Assembly: GCA_037441845.1 (NCBI GenBank)
Contig: JBBIRK010000006.1
Coordinates: forward strand, 160,001 to 224,000
Length of the DNA stretch: 64,000 nt
Reading direction: 5' to 3'
From: Candidatus Zixiibacteriota bacterium
GTDB lineage: Bacteria > Zixibacteria > MSB-5A5 > UBA10806 > 4484-95
In this document: piece after piece, positions 58,847 through 64,000 of the stretch
Numbering within the stretch: position 1 is the first letter of the stretch
How the letters are laid out: each line of letters starts with the position of its first letter
Notes under the pieces: model-generated
Database searches by the model: none
What the model was told of the DNA's origin: nothing
The model's input: only the letters and a program-made list of their open reading frames with translations
Position numbers and translations under genes: made by a program

Positions 58847-59326
58847 ATGATAATCTCGACGCAACTCCATGCCATCGGAATTATCCACACTCCTTTCAAA
58901 GAGGCGCAAGGAACGCCGATTCAGCCTATTTACGCCGATGCCGCCGAGGGGATAATCGAAATTTTCCCCGAATTCCGCGAGGGGACCGCCGATCTCGACG
59001 GGTTCGAACGGATTTGGTTGATTTATTGGTTTGACAAGACTTCGCCGCCCAAGCTCAAAGTCGTTCCATTCCGAGATGACATGGAACGGGGTATTTTCGC
59101 CACCAGAGCTCCCTGCCGGCCGAATCCCATCGGATTGTCATCGGTCCGACTCTTGGGTATCGACGGCTCGAAATTGCGGATCGCCGACGTTGATATACTC
59201 GATCAGACGCCCTTGCTCGATATCAAACCTTATATTCCCAAAATCGACTCGTTCGGACAATCGCGCGCCGGTTGGTTCGATAACTCCCGGAGCGCTCGCG
59301 AAAAGGCTGACAAACGCTTTGAATAA
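58847..59326 (+). CDS. tsaA: TsaA/TrmO-family SAM-dependent tRNA methyltransferase-like protein
   Basis: IGIIHTPF, P.QP, GIFATRAP.RPNPIGLS.V, D.LD.TPLLDIKPY. Confidence 0.88.
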   Translation: MIISTQLHAIGIIHTPFKEAQGTPIQPIYADAAEGIIEIFPEFREGTADLDGFERIWLIYWFDKTSPPKLKVVPFRDDMERGIFATRAPCRPNPIGLSSVRLLGIDGSKLRIADVDILDQTPLLDIKPYIPKIDSFGQSRAGWFDNSRSAREKADKRFE

Positions 59327-59392
59327 TTCGTTGAATTTCGATGCCCGCGCGCGTACCTTTGAAAAGCAAAATCCGCTTTTTTCGGTGATTTT

Positions 59393-60754
59393 ATGGAAGA
59401 TTCACTCAAAGATTTGAAATTCTTCAAGGTGATTCTCAGCTCCATCGCCGATGGCGTCTTCACGGTGGATAGAGACAGAGTCATCACCAGTTTCAATCCC
59501 TCCGCCGAAAAAATCACCGGCATCGCCGCCAGCCATGCAATCGGAAGGCATTGCTATGAGATATTTCACTCGGATATCTGCGAGTCGGGATGCCTGCTCG
59601 AAAAAACCCTCAAGACGGGCATCGAAACCATCGATCAGCCGGTCAATATAGTCAACAGCAGCGGCGAAAAGGTCCCGATTACGATCTCGACCGCGGTGTT
59701 GCGCGAAGATGACGGACGAATCCTGGGCGCGGTGGAAACTTTCCGCGATATTTCGGCTGTCGAGCAGTTGCGCAAAGAACTGCGGAAGAACTACTCGTTC
59801 GAAGATATTATTTCCAAAAGCCCGTTGATAAACAAACTGTTCGCCATTCTTCCCGATGTTGCCGAGAGTGAGAGCACGGTTTTGATTCAAGGACCGTCCG
59901 GCTCCGGCAAGGAGCTGTTCGCCCGGGCGATCCATAATCTCAGCCCGCGGGCAAACAACAATTATGTAATCATAAACTGCGGAACGCTGCCGGTTCAATT
60001 GTTCGAATCCGAACTGTTCGGCTATGTCAGGGGAGCGTTCACCGATGCTAAGCGCGATCGGCCGGGTAAGCTTTCCGCCGCCGATGGCGGTACCGTTTTT
60101 TTCGATGAGGTCGGCGAATTGCCCTTTCAAACCCAGGTCAAATTGCTAAGGCTTCTACAACAACGAGAATACGAACCGCTGGGAAGCGACGTCCCGATCA
60201 AAGCCGATATCCGGGTGGTGGCCGCCACCAACCGCGATCTGAAGGAGTTGGTGGCGCAGGGTAAGTTCCGTGATGACCTCTATTTCCGCCTGGCCGTGGT
60301 AAAATTCGATCTGCCGCCGCTGCGTGACCGGCGCGAGGATATACCTTATTTGGTTGAACATTTCATCAAGAGAAACAACGCTAAGCGCGGCAAAAACATA
60401 ATCGGAGTTAGTCCGGAGGTAATGCGGATTTTTCTGGAGTACGATTTCCCTGGCAATATCAGAGAGCTCGAAAATATAATCGAATGCGCATTCGTGCTGT
60501 GCCGCAATTCGATCATCGGAAAAGATCATCTGCCGGCGGAACTTCTGACATTATCCCGCCCGGAAACAGAAACTGCAACGACGAACCCCACGCCATTGAC
60601 GAAAGTCATAAACGAACAAGCGAAAATCCGCAATGCCCTCATTAAACACCGCGGACATCAAACGAAAGCCGCGAAAGAACTCGGCATAGACAGAACCACC
60701 CTCTGGCGGAAATTGAAATATTTCCGCATCGATCCCAAAGATTTCCAACAATAA
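59393..60754 (+). CDS. PAS-sensor sigma54-dependent enhancer-binding protein
   Basis: N-terminal PAS, GPSGSGKEL, ESELFG..RGAFTDA, FFDEVGE, AATNRDL, FPGNIRELEN, C-terminal Fis HTH. Confidence 0.94.
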   Translation: MEDSLKDLKFFKVILSSIADGVFTVDRDRVITSFNPSAEKITGIAASHAIGRHCYEIFHSDICESGCLLEKTLKTGIETIDQPVNIVNSSGEKVPITISTAVLREDDGRILGAVETFRDISAVEQLRKELRKNYSFEDIISKSPLINKLFAILPDVAESESTVLIQGPSGSGKELFARAIHNLSPRANNNYVIINCGTLPVQLFESELFGYVRGAFTDAKRDRPGKLSAADGGTVFFDEVGELPFQTQVKLLRLLQQREYEPLGSDVPIKADIRVVAATNRDLKELVAQGKFRDDLYFRLAVVKFDLPPLRDRREDIPYLVEHFIKRNNAKRGKNIIGVSPEVMRIFLEYDFPGNIRELENIIECAFVLCRNSIIGKDHLPAELLTLSRPETETATTNPTPLTKVINEQAKIRNALIKHRGHQTKAAKELGIDRTTLWRKLKYFRIDPKDFQQ

Positions 60755-60767
60755 TACGGCTGGATTC

Positions 60768-60829
60768 TTGTTGCAATAGTGGGAAAGTGCAACAATATAT
60801 CGCAACAATGCAACGCATATTGTTGCATT
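60768..60829. promoter_or_regulatory. Candidate enhancer (upstream activator) sites
   Basis: Two perfect 8-bp inverted repeats: TTGTTGCA-N12-TGCAACAA (60768-60795) and AATGCAAC-N7-GTTGCATT (60807-60829). Confidence 0.65.
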
Positions 60830-60900
60830 AATTGCATCACCGCATCCTCCCTGATTCTTATAAGCCCTTACGATTCAAACCAATAACCCATTCTCCAACG

Positions 60901-60917
60901 TCGGCACCCGTATTGCG
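60901..60917 (+). promoter_or_regulatory. sigma54 -24/-12 promoter
   Basis: TCGGCACCCGTATTGCG, with GG-N10-GC at exact spacing, 32 bp upstream of ATG 60949. Confidence 0.75.
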
Positions 60918-60948
60918 ATTGCGGTTCTTTGATGGGAACCTTGAGACC

Positions 60949-61719
60949 ATGATAATCGCCGTCCCCAAATACGGAAAGATGACCGCGCCCTGTTTCGAAA
61001 CAGCGGGCAATTTCCTGATAGCCATCGCCGAGGATGGCAAAATTATCCTTTCGCGATTGGTATCCTGTAGTGGATGCCGTGGATTTTCCAGGGTTAATCT
61101 ACTCAAAGAAAATAAGGTCGACGTGCTTATTTGCGGCGGCATAAAATCGTTTTACCGAAATCTGCTCTCTGCCGCCAATATAACCGTCATGTCGCCGGTG
61201 AATATCGAAGTCGAAAAGGCTATAGAGCTGTATCTCGACGGGACCCTGCAACCGACAATGACCGCCGATGATGAAGAAGGTATGCCTCCGATCCCTCTGG
61301 ACGATCTTATCTGTTGGGCAAAAGAATTATTCACGATAAACGGATTCCGCATCATTGCCAATTCCCCAAACGCCGCATTTCCGATCGATTTCGTCGCCGA
61401 GATCGAATGCCCGGTGTGCGGCAAGACGATCACCACCGCCGTATGCTGTGGAGCACACCTATATCGTTCCGAGTTCGAACTCAAGGAATTCGAGCGGGCA
61501 AGCCGCCTGCCCAAATACCATGCCAGGGTTTATATCCACCCTTGGACCAAGACGGTGGCGGACTTTTGCAGTGACTGCGCCATGGAACTGATCGATCCAT
61601 TCAGCGAGTCGGTTGATGAATCCTCAGCCATGAATAAAGCGATTCCATTGCTGAAAACGCCCATAATCGGTCACGAACGGGCATTTTCCATCACGGATAA
61701 TCATACGGAGATTCAATGA
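60949..61719 (+). CDS. NifB/NifX-like domain fused to an uncharacterised Cys-rich domain
   Basis: IIAVP...APCFETA..F, VDVLICGGI; second domain with CPVCG, CCGAH and CSDC. Start taken at ATG 60949. Confidence 0.75.
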   Translation: MIIAVPKYGKMTAPCFETAGNFLIAIAEDGKIILSRLVSCSGCRGFSRVNLLKENKVDVLICGGIKSFYRNLLSAANITVMSPVNIEVEKAIELYLDGTLQPTMTADDEEGMPPIPLDDLICWAKELFTINGFRIIANSPNAAFPIDFVAEIECPVCGKTITTAVCCGAHLYRSEFELKEFERASRLPKYHARVYIHPWTKTVADFCSDCAMELIDPFSESVDESSAMNKAIPLLKTPIIGHERAFSITDNHTEIQ

Positions 61720-63131
61720 AAATCAGCAAAATCACGAATGAAGAGAAAGCGCGGGCATTCGCCACTATGAAAAAACCGGAGGTAATGGAAAAGCAGAAGC
61801 TGCCGGTGCGCTATCATGTAGAGGATTATGACCCGACGGACCGCCCACGCCGTTTCCTCGAGGCGTTCGCCGCCATTTTGAAACATTCAAACTATCGTTT
61901 CGCTCTCGATCACTATATCCGAATCAGCGCCAAATGTTCACGTTGCGCCACCCAATGTCAGGTTCTGCTTGCAACCGGCGATTCCCATGACGTGCCGTGT
62001 TACCGCTCGGAACTGCTTTTAAGCGTTTATCGACGCCATTTCACCATGGCCGGGCTTATTAGGGGAAGATTGACCAACGACGCCGGCCTCACCGACGAAA
62101 AAATCAGCGAAATGGCCGAGTCGTTCTACAACTGCACCGCCTGCCGGCGCTGCGTAAACGAATGTCCGGCAGGTATCGATCACGGACTCATCACGCATCT
62201 TGCCAGATACATCCTAAGCGAAATTGGAATCGCGCCCCGGGCGTTGGTGGTAAGCGTCAGGGAGCAGCTCGAGGGCAAAACCGGCAACACCTCGGCGATT
62301 CCGGTGCCGGCGCTTATCGATACGCTCGACTTTCTCGAGGAAGACATGAAACAGGAAAAAGGGGTCGACATAAAATTCCCGCGCGATGTCGTTGACTGCG
62401 ATTATATCTTTTTCCCCGCGGTAAGCGATTATCTGATGGAAGCCGAGTCCCTGATGGGGATCGCCGCTGTTTTTGCCGCCACCAATGACAGCTGGACTAT
62501 CGGCACGGGTTATTACGATGGCATCAACTATGGTCTGTTCTACAGCGATAGGATGCTCGAGCGGATCGTCAAGAAGGTTGATCGCGAAACCCGCCGCCTG
62601 CGGGCAAAGAACATCCTTATCGGCGAATGCGGCCACGCCTCGCGTTCGGCCAAATATTTTATCCCGACCTACTGCGGGGGTGAAAATGCGCCGCCGGTGC
62701 TCAATATAATCGAATACACCTATCGAGCATTGCAAGACGGCCGGATTCGTCTCAACCCCGACGTTATCGTCGATCGGGTGGCTTATCACGATCCCTGCAA
62801 TATCGCCCGGCAGAGCTGGATAATCGAACAGCCGCGGGAAATACTCAAATCGTTCTGCAAAAATTATGTGGAGATGACCCCCAATCGTGAAAACAATATT
62901 TGCTGTGGCGGCGGAGGCGGCACGGTTTCGATAGACGAAATCAGACCATATCGAACGCTTGTCGGCGGCAAAGCCAAAGCGGAGCAGATCAAGGCCGCCG
63001 GATGCAGATATCTCGTGGCTCCGTGCGCCAACTGCAAGAAGCAGTTGCGCGAGCTTGTCGAGGATCAAGGAATCGATTGCGAGGTCGTCGGTCTGCACGA
63101 TCTTATTTACAAAGCCATCGTTTTCGATTGA
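61716..63131 (+). CDS. HmcF/TmcB/DsrK-like Fe-S (CCG domain) oxidoreductase, paralog 3
   Basis: CSRCATQC, CTACRRCVNECP, GECGH, HDPCN, CCGGGGG, APCANC. Confidence 0.88.
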   Translation: MKISKITNEEKARAFATMKKPEVMEKQKLPVRYHVEDYDPTDRPRRFLEAFAAILKHSNYRFALDHYIRISAKCSRCATQCQVLLATGDSHDVPCYRSELLLSVYRRHFTMAGLIRGRLTNDAGLTDEKISEMAESFYNCTACRRCVNECPAGIDHGLITHLARYILSEIGIAPRALVVSVREQLEGKTGNTSAIPVPALIDTLDFLEEDMKQEKGVDIKFPRDVVDCDYIFFPAVSDYLMEAESLMGIAAVFAATNDSWTIGTGYYDGINYGLFYSDRMLERIVKKVDRETRRLRAKNILIGECGHASRSAKYFIPTYCGGENAPPVLNIIEYTYRALQDGRIRLNPDVIVDRVAYHDPCNIARQSWIIEQPREILKSFCKNYVEMTPNRENNICCGGGGGTVSIDEIRPYRTLVGGKAKAEQIKAAGCRYLVAPCANCKKQLRELVEDQGIDCEVVGLHDLIYKAIVFD

Positions 63132-63151
63132 ACAGGCAGGAGGAAGTGCAA

Positions 63152-63856
63152 TTGGAATCATTGCTCGATTTCGCCGGAGGGCCTCTATTCAGGCTGACAT
63201 TCGCCCTAATGGTGCTGGGACTCTTGCGGATATTCGTACTCGATCTTTGGGGAATGTTCGAAGCCTATCGAAAGGCCGGTGATAAAAAATTCCCTTGGAG
63301 CCAAACGATACGCCGGACGATCGTATGGCTCTTGCCGGTCAAGAAAATTCCCAACAGCAGGCCATTTTACAGCATCATTTCCATATTGTTCCATCTCGGT
63401 ATGATAATCGTGCCGATATTTCTTTACGCCCATGTGCATCTTTGGAAAAATTCTCTGGGCGTAGGTTGGATTACTTTGCCTCAAAAGACAGCCGATACGC
63501 TGACTTTGATGGTTATGGCACTCGGCTTGGCTCTTTTGCTCGGCAGGTTTTTCGATAAGAACGCCGCTTTTATCAGCCGCAAGCAGGATTTCCTATGGCC
63601 GGTCCTTATTCTTATCCCTTTCATCACCGGATATGTTTGTTCGAATGTCGCGTTACCCCCCAAGACCTATCGATATTTCATGTTGGCTCATGTTCTATCC
63701 GCCGAATCGATATTCGTCCTGATACCGTTCACCAAAATCGCCCATATGGTCCTGCTTCCGTTTTCCCAATTCGTCTCCCAGCTGGCTTGGCGCTTTCCGC
63801 CGGAAACCGATGAAGCGGTCTGCTCTACATTGGGCAAGAAGGGAGCGCCGGTATGA
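63152..63856 (+). CDS. HmcE/TmcC/NarI-like membrane cytochrome b
   Basis: TTG start after GGAGG; FHLG..IVPIFL.AH, PFITG, AHVLS.E..F..IPFTKIAH. Confidence 0.85.
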   Translation: MESLLDFAGGPLFRLTFALMVLGLLRIFVLDLWGMFEAYRKAGDKKFPWSQTIRRTIVWLLPVKKIPNSRPFYSIISILFHLGMIIVPIFLYAHVHLWKNSLGVGWITLPQKTADTLTLMVMALGLALLLGRFFDKNAAFISRKQDFLWPVLILIPFITGYVCSNVALPPKTYRYFMLAHVLSAESIFVLIPFTKIAHMVLLPFSQFVSQLAWRFPPETDEAVCSTLGKKGAPV

Positions 63857-64000
63857 AAGCCATTTTGACCGATGTCACCAAATGTATCGGCTGCCTGGAA
63901 TGCGTAGCAGCCTGCAAGAAAGCGAATGGACTGGAAATTGATGTCCCGCGCGAGTGGCAGAAAAACGACGGCCTTTCCGCCTTGAACTGGACCTCGATTA
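63853..64000 (+). CDS. HmcB/HybA-like multi-[4Fe-4S] subunit (partial, runs off the right edge)
   Basis: Translated by hand from ATG 63853 (ATGA overlap): MKAILTDVTKCIGCLECVAACKKAN...LSALNWTSI. Confidence 0.8.
   Translation, partial: MKAILTDVTKCIGCLECVAACKKANGLEIDVPREWQKNDGLSALNWTSI

Noticed and set aside
62214..63161. 315-aa minus-strand ORF
   Set aside because: Antisense to the HmcF-like gene and without motifs.

Overview
A gene-dense, ~52% GC bacterial window dominated by a ~35 kb dissimilatory sulfate-reduction supercluster. It contains siroheme/tetrapyrrole genes (cobA-hemD-like, hemC, sirC-like, hemA), a CoA-disulfide reductase-rhodanese fusion, dsrABDNLCTMKJOP, qmoAB with no qmoC, and divergently transcribed sat-aprBA. 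It also holds a second DsrM/DsrK-like pair co-transcribed with a ferritin-like protein and a tandem two-domain DsrC-like protein, and a PEP-synthase-like/CBS/DASS-transporter cassette. Several Rex-type operators mark these promoters. The rest of the window carries a multi-PAS LuxR regulator, peptidases with a Liv-type ABC transporter, orphan hypAB, and a sugar-phosphate-utilisation (SPU-type) bacterial microcompartment locus with a fused RpiB-DeoC enzyme. Further on are an orphan ribbon-helix-helix gene with paired operators, msrBA, a DUF134/NifX/VIT1 metal-related cluster, and a sigma54-controlled Hmc-like redox complex that runs off the right end. I saw no rRNA, tRNA, CRISPR or transposase. 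All calls come from motif recognition by eye; no database searches were run.
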